Positions 12,801-28,910 of a stretch of DNA of 64,000 bases are shown in pieces. The stretch is from positions 20,894,001 through 20,958,000 of the forward strand of contig OX597842.1 in the NCBI GenBank assembly GCA_951406725.2. The letters run 5' to 3'. A model generated the notes under the pieces. The model saw nothing but the letters and a program-made list of their open reading frames with translations. It had not been told where the DNA came from and ran no database searches. The translations under genes and the position numbers were made by a program. This stretch comes from Octopus vulgaris. Taxonomy: Eukaryota. The stretch's first letter is position 1. The number at the start of each line of letters is the position of its first letter.

Positions 12801-14349
12801 ATCGAAGCCTTAAAATTCCATTTAAAATGACGGTGAAGGTGGAGTGAGAGAGAAATCCACACCACCCAAGTAAATGTAGTGAAAAGTGGGGGAATACTAA
12901 ACTGCACCTGTGAGCTGAGTCATACCGAGGAAGATGGAGTACTTGTAGTCGTAGTCTTGACCTAACTTTCTTTACAACATCTGCCATAATGGCATGGACG
13001 ATCCTAAAATTACTTGAGTAGTTTATGACTGGGAGTCACATGAGATTCAGCTTCGTCAGTCAACAAAATTGGTCTTAGAAGCAGGTATTCCTCAGTCAGT
13101 AGCGGTCACTTATTATCCATCATCTAGAAGACAGTGAAAACCTGGGGAAGGTGTTTAAATTTAACTGGAGTGACACATAATCTAATTGTGAAAGCAACAA
13201 GGATTCTAAAAGGTGACTATCTACAGTGGACATGTGATGTCTCCCGGTAATTTTAAGAGCTAGAGTTAAAAATAGAGCATCCGCCATGGATCATTTAGCA
13301 GTTCTGCGTACATGACATATCAATATCCTCATTGAAGAGAAGGAAGCGATTTCTTGTGAAAAAGGCTGAGCAACGTAGTCCTGAGTGGAAAATACAACTT
13401 AACGCACTTCATAAGCAGCATCAGAGAAAGCTTGGTTCTCTGTGATTAGATGTTGTGTTAACGAGACTTTCGGTACGAGGGCAATACATCACGGAATTAG
13501 AGTGCGGTGGAGAATTTCTTGTCTTTACAGGTATGTGATGAAAAACCTGATTTGGGTAGCACCACAACAACTCACTGTGACAAGTGGCAAGCAAGGTTTA
13601 GGAAGTTACTGAAAAAGAAAGGTGTGTATGTCTTACTACTTTCTTACTAATAAACAGTCTATGCTTTTCTTGTTTGTCATCTAACCTTATGGTTACTCTT
13701 ATTTTACGGGAGTGGCAGAAGCTTCTGCGCACTCTTATATCCTACGACGGACGTATAGTTTATTTATATCTGCCTCTGGGAGATGCATGTAGTGTATTGT
13801 GAGAGAATTGCTTTGTTTTGATTCGGTGATACACATCTCATTCGTGGATCATTTTATGGTATCAAAGCTGCAGCCTAGAGGACCTATATATAAGGTATTC
13901 ATTGCATCAGTCTTTTCTTCAAATGGAAATAGGTTTTTGTGGTGGCGGCTCATAAGAATGCGGTGTGACGCGAGAAATCATATCAGCACATTCAATAATA
14001 GAAGAGACTAGCCATAACAGTTTTAATATATCGACGGAATTAAATGCAGGAAGATAAGGAAAAAATGCGGTGTTTGGGATTTCATGAAGGAGATGACCAT
14101 AATGATGTTCAAAGAATACGAGTTTCTTTCAAATCTTAAAATTAAATGCACAGTATTTTACGTAGGATATGGGCGGTTCCCATTAGCGCTATCTTTTGAG
14201 TTGCTGCCATTTTGGGGTTTCCTAGTATCTGAGATAGGTATGATTCAGGCTTTTTGCTATAATTCCTCGGGCAACTATGACAACAGGCATTGTTTTACTT
14301 CCACATTTTGCTAATTTCTATTTCAACATCTTTACACTTGCTCAGTTTT

Positions 14350-15600
14350 GTAGGTTTTGACAGATACTTTTATGTCGATTGGGACAGTTTTAAATGAGGA
14401 GGCATGGTTTTTTCCTGTAGTTTTTCTATATAATGCCTGGTCTATTCGCATCTATCTTTCTGTCACTTCGATTGGCAAGGTTCTAGAGGTTAAGATACGA
14501 TCATCTTCAGAAACTGGAGTGTGTTCGGGTCCCCAACCGATTGTATCATGTGGCACGTCTATGTTTTTGCAAATTAACCAGGGAATATGATGTGCTGCTC
14601 AATCATGCCTGTTGAGATATTCTGTATGCACAAGAAGACTGCACATGGAGACAACATGATCAATGGTTTCATTTTGTTGTTTACATACAAGACATGCTGG
14701 GTGACTGCCTTTCTTTAATATGGTAGTTTCTTGTAGGTAGGCCTTGATCTTCAGCTGCTATATTAAATCCGTCTGTGTCTGAGTTTAAGCCAGAAAACAC
14801 TAACCATTGATGGGTAATGGCTTTATCCACATCGGTACTATTAGCTCTCTTTGGGTATTTGCCATTGAGCTGTTTTCTTTGTCATTTATCTGTAAGAATA
14901 TCTAAGTCAGATTCTTTGCATGTACTTTCATTCGCTTAGCTTTTTCTGTGCTTGTTTCTAGTACGTCTAATTCTGGGATTTGTTGTATTTGGAATTCACT
15001 TAGATATTCCTTTGCATGTTTTGTTATTTTGTATGACACTTTCTTGTTTCCGTGCTTTGAGACAAGTTTTAACATCCAGTCATGAGAGTTGTTTAGGTAG
15101 GTGTTTCGGTCAATCGTTAATTCCATTGTTAATTCCAGTTGTAAATGTTACGGCCACCCTCTTTTCTTGGCAGGTAAAATCGTTCTACATCTGCCTTAGT
15201 GTGGTGCATTCTATGCATTGTCAACAATTTTCGTATTTTTCTGTTAAGATTACATATTTCAATAATTGACCAGTTAATGATATTGAAACTGTAAGCCACG
15301 ACTTGTACAGCATAGGTACTGATCACTTCGATCCTGTTTCTTGCATTCAGTTCTGTCTTGAATATTGCTTTTACCCTGCGATAATAATCCATTCGGATCC
15401 TTTCCCTCATCACTGAATATTTGATCATGTCCACTTCAAATACCGATAAGTACATGTATCTCTCCGCTGGTTCTAATTCCTTTATGACATTCTGCGTGAT
15501 GTTTCTGTCGTTTTCCTTTGATAAATGTAGCTTTTGCTCATTTATCGAGGTAAAATTGCAACGTGATATCATCAAAGAATTGTTTAGTATCTCCTGCCCG
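14350..15600 (-). mobile_element. Dong/R4 relic within the unit (paralogues ~21720-22930, ~40925-41835, piece at 30625-30772)
   Basis: YYRRVKAIFKTELNARNRIEVI...KIRKLLTMHRMHHTKADVERFYLPRKEGGR. Confidence 0.85.
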
Positions 15601-15932
15601 TGATGAATTGTTTAATATCTCCTGCCCAAGACGAAACATTAAAGGACTATATATTTATCCACACATTTCAAGAAAAGATATACATATGACTATATACGCA
15701 CTTTTCACAATATACCAAACAGTGATGTAGAACATAAAAACTTATGTAAACACACATCGTCACACACAAACACACTCAACTCACACACACTCACATACAT
15801 ATATATATAGAGAGAGAGACAATGTGAGGTAGAGAAGGGCAAAAGAAGGTTCAGAAAGAAAGATGGAAAGATATTAAATTTGAGGAAATATATACTCAGG
15901 AAGAAAGTATGAACAAGACTGGTTCAACTTAC

Positions 15933-16004
15933 ACTTGAAATAAGTATGGAAGATTTGCAAACGATCCATTTTCAATTTTCACGATTGCATTATGGGATAG
16001 ATAT
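15933..16004 (-). CDS. 72-bp single-LRR exon C: YLSHNAIVKIENGSFANLPYLFQ(V)
   Basis: acttac at 15927-15932, acceptor tctttcAG at 16005-16006. 72 nt, LRR consensus. Confidence 0.92.
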
Positions 16005-16725
16005 CTGAAAGATAATTCATGAAGAAAAAACATAGAAGTGATTAGTCACATATTTCAAATATTATGTCCAATGAATTAGCTGCTGAAATAGAAGAAAAAT
16101 AAGTAGAAGTGAGACAATTTGGTGAAGACGATTATGAAAATGATAAGTGAAGATTATGAAGATAATGATGAAGATGTATGGCATTGTGTTTAGTGATGAT
16201 GAAAGCGATAATTATTATGATGAGGGAATTAATGATAACGGATTTGGTAGTGATGAAGTTGTTTCGGTCTGCTGGCATTGCTCTGTGGTTTCAGATTATG
16301 ACTGATAAGGATGATGATGATGGTGATGATGACGATGATCATGATGACGATGAAGGTGACGACCACTACGAGGACGCAGACGATGATTATGATGACAATA
16401 TTTACTGATGGTGCTCTTAATATTTGGAATGATGATGAGGAGGAGGATGACGCTGATATACAAAGTTGAAACTATAACAAAAGAGAAGGATGAGAATAGG
16501 AATAAAATTAACGACGAGCAGTTATTGATAAATGAGATAAAAAGGGTAAAGAAGACTAAACTAGAACTGGAGACATGTATCTATCTATCTATCTATCTGT
16601 CTATCTATCTACCTACATATCTATCTATCTATCACTTTATCAATATATCTATCAATCGCCAGACAGATACGTAAACACATACACACGTATACCAATATAA
16701 ATATATGTATATATTTGTGTGTGTG

Positions 16726-16768
<43 letters not shown>

Positions 16769-17478
16769 AACACGTTTATACATGTACTTTTTTCAGTAAT
16801 TTGACAATGGCCATGCTAGAGCCTTTATTCGAACCAATCGAGCCCAGCATTTATTTGTTGAAAGTCTAGCACTTATTCTCTCGGTGTCTTTTGCCAAACC
16901 ACTAAGTTACAGTGTGTGTAACACCAACATTGCTTATTAGGTGATCTTGAGGGAACACAAATATAAATCTGTCTATATTTGTGTGTCTATGCTTATGCTA
17001 GGACTACCACTAACCACTTTCCAACACCCAGACCACAAAACATCATCTACACACCCATACACAATCATTCGCACACCCACACACTATAGACGCACACAGC
17101 TACGCACGCATACATCCACACATCATAGTCATTAGCCCCTATCAACTCACACACACACACACACACACACACACTTACACATTCTTACATACACAACGCA
17201 CGAGTACTGTTGCTTTGGGATCTCCAGTTGTTTATTATCTCCCCGACTCTCTATCTCTCCCGTCAAGCTATGCTTTTCCTAACTAGTAGCCCTGCTTGAT
17301 CCCTAAATCGACAAGATTTTTAATCACTTTTTGTTCATGTTCTCCTTTCTCTTTCTGTTGAGGAGCATAGGCTCGAAAGTAAAAGAATTTCTCTTTTCCC
17401 GAGCGTTGAATCTAACACCTGTTTTCGACTTTTAGTTTCCCGTAAATTTAATCTACCGACACACAAACACACACAGAC

Positions 17479-17515
<37 letters not shown>

Positions 17516-18081
17516 CTATATATTAAAAGGATGTGTGTTATAATACTATTCCACAACCATAGCAACAATCCAACATACCTGTATCATCAGCTACCCACGG
17601 TTACCATTATGGTTTCGAAACCTGGTCACTACCCTTCAATCCGGCGGTGTGAACAGCACTAAAATAAGTGTTGTTTGGGAACAAAGAAATCAAAGAAACC
17701 ACAAATTTCAACCACATTTACCCTATGTATAACCGTATCAATAAATAATTCAAATAAGTAAATTACAACTCCTAAATACGTAACTAAACAGCGTGAAATC
17801 TTTTAAATCATACAAAAATTATAATCTCTACCGTCTTCCGTAGATATGAAAGTAAAGCCTTAATGACCACAATAGGGCAATCAGTCGATATATAGGAGGA
17901 TAAGACACCAACTTCCACAGCATACCTCGAGACAGGTGTGATCGGACCGAAAGTTCTCATAGTGTGAGAGAGTCCGGAAGTGAATAGTATTAAATTTACG
18001 TCTAATATAGGATAAAACTTTCGAAAAATGTTATCAATGGCCAGCACGTTAAAAAAATGCCTTTAAAGGTTAAATTTACAA

Positions 18082-18656
18082 ACAACTTATAAACAAGGAC
18101 AAAAGAAAAATAATCCAATGCTAAATATGCCGAAATATTACTTAATCGTCAATAACCATATAATTTATCACTATAAGCTCGCGTCTCGAAAGCAAGCCGA
18201 TAGAATTTTCGAAAACAAATTTCGTAATTATCGGATCGATCCCCATTTCTGAGTTAATTCATTTAGAATTTTCTCTTCATTAGTGATAAGAGAATTCTCT
18301 AAGAGAATTTTCAGTCCGTTCACACGTGTCTCGGGGTATGATGCAGAATTTCTATTTTGGATATATTTGGGGTACTTAAGTGTGCTCATGACTTAGCGTT
18401 TACTTCTTCCATAGGTACAAGTAAGAATCTCATTTATTTTCTTATCGTATTTATCGCTGATGACGAGAAAATTCTAAATGAATTAACTCAGAAATGAGGA
18501 TCGATCCGATAATAACGAAATCCTTTTAGAAACTTCTATCAGCTTGCTTTCGAGACGCGTGCTTATAGTGATAAATTATATGGTTATTGATGATTAAGTC
18601 TATTTCGGCATATTTGGCATTGAATTCTTTTTCTTTTGCCCTTGTTTATAAGTTGT
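18082..18656. mobile_element. MITE / foldback element with ~200-bp imperfect inverted arms (copy with shortened left arm at ~37915-38435)
   Basis: acaacttataaacaag...gaattttctc on the left is the reverse complement of gagaaaattc...cttgtttataagttgt on the right. Confidence 0.8.
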
Positions 18657-18665
18657 ATATAAATA

Positions 18666-18703
<38 letters not shown>

Positions 18704-21700
18704 CATGCTTGTGTGTCAATTTTTCTTGCTGACCTTAAGTCATTTTATCGCTACCTCTTTATTTATTTATAAATAAATTTAAATATTTTCCCCTCCGTTG
18801 AAATGCAAATCTCTTTATAACACGGAATTCCAACTATAAATTTTGTTGCATTTAAACCGTTCTTTAAATGCACTTCTTTTAAAACTAATGATAGAGTATT
18901 ATGATTTCGTTAGTCTTAATATTAACATTGATATTCATGAAATCTACGTCCCATGGAAATTTAAATTGAACTTGATGAAAATTTTGAATGTTGCAGCATA
19001 AATTCCAATTTCTGTTTGTTTAACCGTGAAAAGAGCTATAAAGAATCAATTAGGATTAGGAAGGTAATAACTTTTCCATATGAACAAGAAGAAATATATG
19101 TGAATTTATATATGACTAAATGAAGAGGTAGGGAAAAAGATTTAAGCTCAGGAACACAGATACACACACACACACAAATATGAATTATATACATATAAAT
19201 TTATATATATTTCTACACAGAAACACACTCTAGAGGGAATAAAGGGGCTACCCAATACACTGCAAGTGGCGCTGCCACCGACGAGATTGACTCTTGTCCG
19301 CTTCTCCAACGGTAAACATGAGGATTGTTTTCATTTTTGCATGCTTTAATGACAATGTCCGACATATGGGCGAATGAGCGTAGGTGCAACGTGGCAACGG
19401 AAAACAATTTGGTGTTGATGAATCAGGTGAGATGCGTTCTCTTCGATTCTAAGCAGATATTTGCGGCGTTTAGGAAACACTACGTGCATCAGTTTGTTGA
19501 GGTTAGTGGTCCATTGACAATGAAGGTCTTAACCGTCAACGTAGACGGCTTGCGGCAACACTCGAATGAAACTACGCCGTTCTACAAATGGTGGAAAATT
19601 GTTGCGGTATTCGAGATGCCGTGTTAGAATTCGCCATGGCTTGAGGATCAGCCTTACGCAGTTTAAAATTATTTGCCATACATAGCAGTGAGTGCAATGG
19701 CAGGTGTATACAACAAAGGGAAGAAGAACGAGATGATTTTTAGCCCTGATAAAAGGTGGGGGTCACGGCAATGTTGAGAAAGAACTCGAAAAAAATGTAT
19801 TTGATAATAATTTGAGACCTGTAATTAGGCTAAATGCCGAAGATTCCATATCAAAATCATCTAAGCACAACAGGTTCCTGCTTGCACAGAACATCACAGA
19901 CAGAATGAGTAACAAATGCGTTTCCAATGAAATCCTAATTTTGTGTTAGTCAAATGCCAACTGTTGGCGCCTGCACTGAAGGAAGCCGAAATTCGGTCCT
20001 GTTTCCAGAGGCTGGATCGCAGTAACCTACAACAAATTTTGCTTGTTGGAACCATTCAAATCAACTGGAACTAAGAATACCTGGCGAACAGGCTATAAGC
20101 AGAGAGGTAGTGTGGTGGCGAATACAGAACGGTTGAAGAGAGAGAGATAATACGATCAAACTCTCATCGAAGCCTTAAAATTCCATTTAAAATGACGGTG
20201 AGGGTGGAGTGAGAGAGAAATCCACACCACCCAAGTGAATGTAGTGATAAGGGGGTGAATACTAAACTGCATCTGTAAGCTGAATCATACCGAGGAAGAT
20301 GGAGTACTTGTAGTCGTAGTCTTGACCTAACTTTCTTTACAACATCTGCCATAATGGCATGGACGATCCTAAAATTACCTCAGTAGTTTATGATTGGGAG
20401 TCACATGAGTTTCAGCTTCGTCAGTCAACAATATTAGCCTCAGAAGCAGGTATTCCTTAGTCAGTAGCGGTCACTTACTATCCATCATCTAGAAGACACT
20501 GAATAACCTGGGGATGGTGTTTAAATTTAACCGCAGTGACACATAATCTATTTGTGAAAGCAACAAGGATTCTGAAAGGCGACTATCTACAGTGGACACG
20601 TGATGTCTCCCAGTAATTTTAAGACCTGGAGTTTAAAATAGAGCATCCACCATGGATCATTTGGCAGTTCTCCGTACATGATATTTCAATATCCTCATTG
20701 AAGAGAAGGAAGCGATTTCCTGTGAAAAAGGCTGAGCAACGTAGTCCTGAGTGGAAAATAAAATTTGAAGCACTTCATAAGCAGCCTCAGAGAAATCTTG
20801 GTTGTCTGTGATTAGATGTCGCGTTAGCGAGGCTTCCGGTACGAGGGTAATACATCACGGAATTGGAGTGCGGTGGAGAATTTCTTGTCTTTACAGGTAT
20901 GTGATGAAAAACCTGATTTGGGTAGCACCACAACACCTCACTGTGACAAGTGGCAAGAAATGTTTAGAAAGATACTGAAAAAGAAAGGTGTGTATGTCTT
21001 CCAACTTTCATACTAATAGAGAGTCTTTGCTTTTCTTTTGTTTGTCATCTAACCTTATGGTTACTCTTATTTTACGAGAGTGGCAGAAGCTTTTGCGCAC
21101 TCTTACATCCTCACGTGGGACGTATAGTTTATTTATATCTGCCTCTGGGAGATGCATGTAGTGTATTGTGAGAGAATTGCTTTGTTTTGATTCGATGATA
21201 TACATCTCATTCGTGGATCATTTTATGGTATCAAAGCTGCAGCCTAGAGGACCTATATATAAGGTATTCATTGCATCAGTCTTTTCTTCAAATGGAAATA
21301 GGTTTTTGTGGTGGCGGCTCATAAGAATGCGGTGTTTCGCGAGAAATCATATCAGCACATTCAATAATAGAAGAGACTAGCCATAACAGTTTTAATATAT
21401 CGACGGAATTAAATGCAGGAAGATACGGAAAAAAATGCGGTGTTTGGGGATTTCATGAAGGAGATGACCATAATGATGTTCAAAGGATATGAGTTTGTTT
21501 TAAAACTTAAAATTAAATACACAGTATTTTACGTAGGATATGGGCGGTTCCGATTAGCGCTATCTTTTGAGTTGCTGCCATTTTGGGGTTTCCTAGTATC
21601 TGAGATAGGTAGGATTCAGGCCTTTTGCTATAATTCCGCGGGCAACTATGACAACAGGCATTGTTTTTCTTCCACATTTTGATAATTTCTATTTCAAGAT

Positions 21701-23235
21701 CTTTACACTTGCTCAGTTTTGTAGGTTTTGACAGATACTTTTATGTCGATTGGGACAGTTTTAAATGACGAGGCATGGTTTTTTCCTGTAGTTTTTCTAT
21801 ATAATGCCTGGTCTATTCGCATCTATCTTTCTGTCACTTTGAATGGCGAAGTTCTAGAGGATAAAATGCGATCATCTTCAAGAACTGGAGTGTGTTCGTG
21901 TCCCCAACAGATTGTATCATGTGGCACCTCTAAGTTTTTGCAAATTAACCAGTGAATATGATGTGCTGCTCAATCATGCCTGTTGAGATATTCTGTATGC
22001 ACAAGAAGACTGCACATGGAGACAACATTATCAATGGTTTCATTTTGTTGTTTACATACAAGACATGCTGGGTGACTGCCGTTCTTTAATATGGTAGTTT
22101 CTTGTAGGTATAACTTGATCTTCAGCTGCTATATTAAATCCGTCTGTGTCTGATTTTAAGCTAGAAAACACTAACCATTGATGGGTAATGGCTTTATCCA
22201 CATCGGCACCGTTAGCTCTCTTTGGGTATTTGCCATTGAGATGTTTTCTTTGACATTTATCTGTAAGAATATCTAAGTCAGATTCTTTGCATGTACTTTC
22301 ATTCGCTTAGCTTTTTCTGTGCTTGTTTTTAGTACGTCTAACTCTGGGATTTGTTGTATTTGGAATTCACTTAGATATTCCTTTGCATGTTTTGTTACTT
22401 TGTATGACACTTTCTTCTTTCCGTTCTTTGAGATAAGTTTTAACATCCAGTCATGAGAGTTGTTTTGGTAGGTGTTTCGGTCAATCGTTAATTCCATTCT
22501 TAATTCCAATTGTAAATGTTACGGCCACCCTCTTTTCTTTGTAGGCAAAATTGTTCTACATCTGCTTTAGGGTGGTGCATTCTACGCATTGTCAACAATT
22601 TTCGTATTTTTCTGTCAAGATTACATATTACTCCTGCTATAGCAAAAGTACTGATCACTTCGATCCTGTTTCTTGCATTCAGCTCTGTCTTGAATATTGC
22701 TTTTACCCTGCGATAATATTCTATTCTGATCCTTTCCCTCATCACTGAATATTTGATCATGTCCACTTCAAATACCGATAAGTACATGTATCTCTCCGCT
22801 GGTTCTAATTCCTTTATGACATTCTGCGGGATGTTTCTGTCGTTTTTCCTTTGATAAATGTAGCTTTTGCTCATTTATCGAGGTAAAATTACAACGTGAT
22901 ATAATCACAGAATTGTTTAATATCTCCTGCCCAAGCGAAACATTGAAGGACTATATATTTATCCACACATTTCAGGCATAAATATACATATGACTATATA
23001 CGCACATTTCACAATATACCAAACAGTGATGTAGAGCACAAAGACTTATGTAAACGCACATCGTCACATACAAACACGCTCAACTCACACACACTCACAT
23101 ACATACATATATATAGAGAGAGATAATGTGAGAAAGAGAAGGGCAAACGAAGGTTAAGAAAGAAAGATGGGAAGATATTAAATTTGAGGAAATATATACT
23201 CAGAATATAGTATGAACAAGACTGGTTCAACTTAC

Positions 23236-23307
23236 AAATATTGTAAGTTCGGAAGATTTGCAAACGATCCATTTTCAATTTTCACGATTGCATTATTGGA
23301 TAGATAT
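23236..23307 (-). CDS. 72-bp single-LRR exon D: YLSNNAIVKIENGSFANLPNLQY(L)
   Basis: acttac at 23230-23235, acceptor tctttcAG at 23308-23309. 72 nt. Confidence 0.93.
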
Positions 23308-24051
23308 CTGAAAGATAATTCATGAAGAAAAAACATAGAAGTGATTAGTCATATATTTCAAATATTATGTCCAATGAATTAGCTGCTGAAATAGAAGAAA
23401 AATAAGTAGAAGTGAGACAATTTGGTGAAGACGATTATGAAAATGATAAGTGAAGATTATGAAGATAATGATGAAGATGTATGGCATTGTGTTAAGTGAT
23501 GATGAAAGCGATAATTATTATGATGAGGGCATTGCCGGTGACGGATTTGGTAGTGATGAAGTTGTTTCGGTCTGCTGGCTTTGCATGTGTTGTTCCATAT
23601 TATGACTGATAAGAATGATGATAATTGTGATGATGACGATGATCATAATGACGATGATGGTGATGACCACTACGAGGACGCAGATGATGATTATGATGAC
23701 AATATTTACTGATGGTGCTCTTAATATTTGGAATGATGATGATGAGGAGGAGGATGACGCTGATATGCAAAGTTGAAACTATAACAAAAGAGAAGGATGA
23801 GAATAGGAATAAAATTAACGACGAGCAGTTATTGATAAATGAGATTAAAAGGGTAAAGAAGACTAAGCTAGAACTGGCGATATGTATCTATCTATCTCTC
23901 TATCTATCTATCTATCTATCTATCTATTCATCTATCTATCTACCTACCTATCTATCTCTATCAATCGCCAGACAGATAGGTAAACACATACACACATATA
24001 CAATATATATATATGTATATATTTGTGTGTGTCCATATATATATATATATA

Positions 24052-24094
<43 letters not shown>

Positions 24095-24559
24095 CACGTT
24101 TATACATGTACTCTTTTCAGTAATTTGTCAATGGCCATGCTAGAGCCTTTATTCGAACCAATCGAGCCCAGCATTTATTTTTTGAAAGACTAGCACTTAT
24201 TCTCTCGGTGACATTTGCCGAACCACTAAGTTACAGGGTATGTAACACCAACATTGGTTATTAGGTAATCTTGAGGGAACACAAATATATACTTAAATCT
24301 GTCTATATTTGTGTGTCTGAGTTTGTGCTAAAATAATATTAAATTCATAGATCCGAACAAAATCAAAACCATTTATTCTATTTTTTCCCTCTCCTTAAAA
24401 CTATTAAGACCATCGTATGAGAGAGATTTAGCTGTTATTTCCAGCAAATTTAAAAACCACACTGTTTTGTTCAACTGGCTCATAAAAAAACCTAAAAGAC
24501 GAACACACGTATATGAAAGTATGTATGCGTGTGTGGGTGCGTGTGTATGTGTCTGTGTG

Positions 24560-25400
24560 TCTTCTCAGATCTCCGACATCCTCCATCCACATGCACTCAA
24601 TTTTGATATGTAGATACCAACGGTATCAGGGCGTGTATAAGTCTTGAAAAAATTACAAGAATCGATTCCAGATGAGAATGCGATCGATAAAGCCGTGGGA
24701 AATCGTTTTTCTTTGGTTGCACAATCGACAATATGGCGCTGATAGGAGTTGCTTCCCTTAACACCAAGCATGCATATTTCATACACAGTCCATCAATTTT
24801 CTCTCTTTTTCTTTTTCAACTACTGTTGAGTGAGAAACAAATTTGCCAAAATCAATTTAGTTACCTCCCTTTACAGTCTAAGGTGAATAATCCTGCGTGG
24901 ACGTACTCCGGTGTCCCTGCATGGATATACTCCTTGAAGTAGTTACTCTACAGTCGAACTTTTTATTTTCATTTATTATGAATGGACAAACCCCAAAAAA
25001 AAATTTTTTTGTCTATTATATAAACTCCGTTCTGTCTGTATGTGTGTGTGCGTCTTCTATGATCTTGGGCATCCTCCATCCGATTGCGCTCAAAATAGAT
25101 ATGAAGATATCGACACTATCAGGGCGTGCATTAAATCTTGAAAAAATTACAAAAATCGATTCTAGGTAAGAATGCGATCGATAAAGCCGTGGGAACGTGC
25201 ATTTGTAAAATAGTTTTTCTTGAAATAGAGAAAACGTCTATCTTTATTTCTCCTTCTGCTGTTGTCTCAACTTTAGATGAAATCAGTGTTTCTCAAAGGG
25301 AAGACCTATGGGACTGTCAAACAAGTTGTTTGAGAAAATTTGGTTTAAATGTTTGACAACTTAGCATCGTCTATTTGACGGGGTGTTTTGTGTACATATA
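24560..25400 (+). mobile_element. Two related ~140-bp direct repeats, probably non-autonomous Helitron-like
   Basis: catcctccatcc...gaaaaaattacaa...gcgatcgataaagccgtgggaa at ~24575-24701 and ~25070-25195, each preceded by a TG-type microsatellite. Family assignment is by resemblance only. Confidence 0.4.
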
Positions 25401-25573
25401 TATATATATTGTTTCTATTTTATTAATATAGATATATATATATATATATATATTAACATATATATATATATTGTTTCTATTTTATTAATATAGATATTTT
25501 ATTAATATATATATATATTGTTTCTATTTTATTAATATAGATAAAAACAGAGAGGCAGATTTTGTTTCTATTT

Positions 25574-25622
<49 letters not shown>

Positions 25623-25684
25623 CATATATATATATATTGTTTCTATTTTATTAATATAGATATTTTATTAATATATATATATAT

Positions 25685-26607
<923 letters not shown>

Positions 26608-27060
26608 TGTAGGCTTTATACTGAGCAAACTAATAAACGCAACTGTCTCTATATGTATCGTTTGTTGTCAAAATGTCTTTGTTTCTGTCCGAATTCTGCC
26701 ATAGGATATTCTACTTCTAATTAGTGGCGCCTAATTGTCGAATATTGTTAGATCTGAATCTCTGGATTCCCCTCGTTGTCCTACATAGCATTTCCCCATA
26801 TTGGGGAATTTTGTCTTTAATCGTTAATTGTTACCTGTTACGTTGTTCACATTAATTTATATAAATCAATTAACAAATGTAAACCACAAACACTCATATC
26901 CTTAATCATTTTCATACCCACGCGCACACACACACATACACACACACAGACAAAGTGAAAGCCTGATAGAGAGGATGAAAGAGAGAGCGAAGATAGAAGG
27001 GAAGACAATATATGTAGAAACATACAATTAGATTAATAATATCAGGAAGATCAAATTTAC

Positions 27061-27132
27061 AACTTTTTTAAATTGGTGAGACCTTCGAACGATCCATGTT
27101 CAATAATCGCGATTTTATTATTGGCAAGATTT
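27061..27132 (-). CDS. 72-bp single-LRR exon E: NLANNKIAIIEHGSFEGLTNLKK(L)
   Basis: atttac at 27055-27060 (GTAAAT donor), acceptor cttacAG at 27133-27134. 72 nt, LRR consensus. Confidence 0.9.
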
Positions 27133-28870
27133 CTGTAAGTTGAAAGAGAATTGGTGAGAAATGGTATAAAAATGATTTGTCACAAAATTTTAAATACGCA
27201 TATGTCTAATCAACTGGATGTAGATGTAGAAGAAAAGGAAGTAGGAGTGCAAAAATTAGATGAAGATGAAGATAATGAGGAGTGCAGGTTATGATGATAT
27301 TGATAATCATGACTTGTGACGAAGTTTACTGATGAGGAAGATGATGCTAATGATGATGTCGTTTATGATGATGATGAGATGATAAGGAGTGTGGTGTTGA
27401 GCACGTTGGTGGTCGCGTTCATGGCCATGATGCTTATGACGACCATGAAATTATAGAGGTACAAAAAAAAGAATTTGAAGCGGAGATTACAAGAAAATTA
27501 TGAAGTGAAATATACATATATATATATATATTGTGAAAGATATATATATATATATGTCGGTCCCATAGGGGATAATGCAACTGTTGTTTATAGCTCCGGG
27601 ATGACATCTCGACTAGCTGCCAAAACGATACACCACTTGTGCCTTACTTGTATTTGCGAACTAATATCATCGTTCCCGTCTCTGGTTTTACGTAATAAAC
27701 ACAGGCCCTGATTTCTGGGTAGTAACTCGTTATCGAAACGCGGGCGTGTGTGTATCAAGTAAGGCTAGAGATGGCAATGTTTTTCTTTCCTTTCGCAAAT
27801 ACTAATCAGACACAACAGTGTGTCATTAGCCAAGTGGAGAAGATGTCCTCCTGGTGCTATAATCGTTTGAGTTGTCTGCTACTTTAGCTTATACAAATAT
27901 TTTCGGCTTTTAAGGAACACTTCGCGCAGCTCTTTGTGGAAGACAGTAGCTCATAATCAGGGATGTTCTTTATTGTCTACCAGGATGGCTTGCCGCGGCA
28001 TTCGAATGAAGATACGCTGTTCAGCAAAAGAGTAAAACAGCTGCGGAATTTCGAAAATCGATGAAAGGATGCCCTAAGTAGATGTCACCATCATCCTGAC
28101 ACGATTTATTCTGACATATGCTAGACATATTCGAGGCTCTTTCTGTAGATGACTACTGCAACGGGTAAGCAAAACAGGTGCAATGGGGTTGCTGAGAAAG
28201 ACCTAGAAAAGGAGGGCATTTTTGAAAGTGTCAGATGCATGATTCTGCTAAATGCAAACTTTTCTCCAACTCGTACTCTGATTACAATGTGTTTCTGACG
28301 GTAAACAGTCAAATTCTTTGGAAGCATAAAACAAATGCATTATGATCAGCTTAGTATTTTTTATTCAATAGGAAAACAATAAGGGAAAAGATTATGAAGG
28401 AAATGAAAGGAATGAATAATTATCCGGTGACTCGGTGACAGAAAGATAGATATGCGCATACCAACACTTATATAATATCCTTCCTAGCATAGGCACACGT
28501 CCTGGAATGCTGGCGGAGGGTGCTAACTGATTATGTCGAATCATTGATTACAAATCGATAAATGGTGAAGTTGACCTCGGTTGAATTTGAACTCAGCAAT
28601 CAAAAGCGGACGAAATGCAGCTCAAGATTTTGTCCAGCGTGATTACACATCTACCAGAACGCCACCTCAATCACATGCATAATATGAAACAATGATATCA
28701 ACCGCAGACATTCATATTCTCAAGTACCTTAACACATTCACAGACACACATAGCAAGAGGATGGGATTTAGAGAATGTTAAAAAGAAGGACGAGAAAGAA
28801 AGATGGGAATACATTAAATATTTAGAAATATAGTCAACAAAAATGTATCAGCGAGACTGATCCAGCTTAC

Positions 28871-28910
28871 AAAGCCTTTAATCTGGATAGATTTTCGAAT
28901 GATCCTACTT
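28871..28910 (-). pseudogene. Truncated LRR exon F (3' half only: VGSFENLSRLKA(L)); 5' half replaced by a CR1-group LINE
   Basis: gcttac donor at 28865-28870, with the same attaaatatttagaaatata intron motif as next to exon A. Sequence turns into LINE RT at ~28905. No acceptor at the 72-nt position. Confidence 0.8.
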
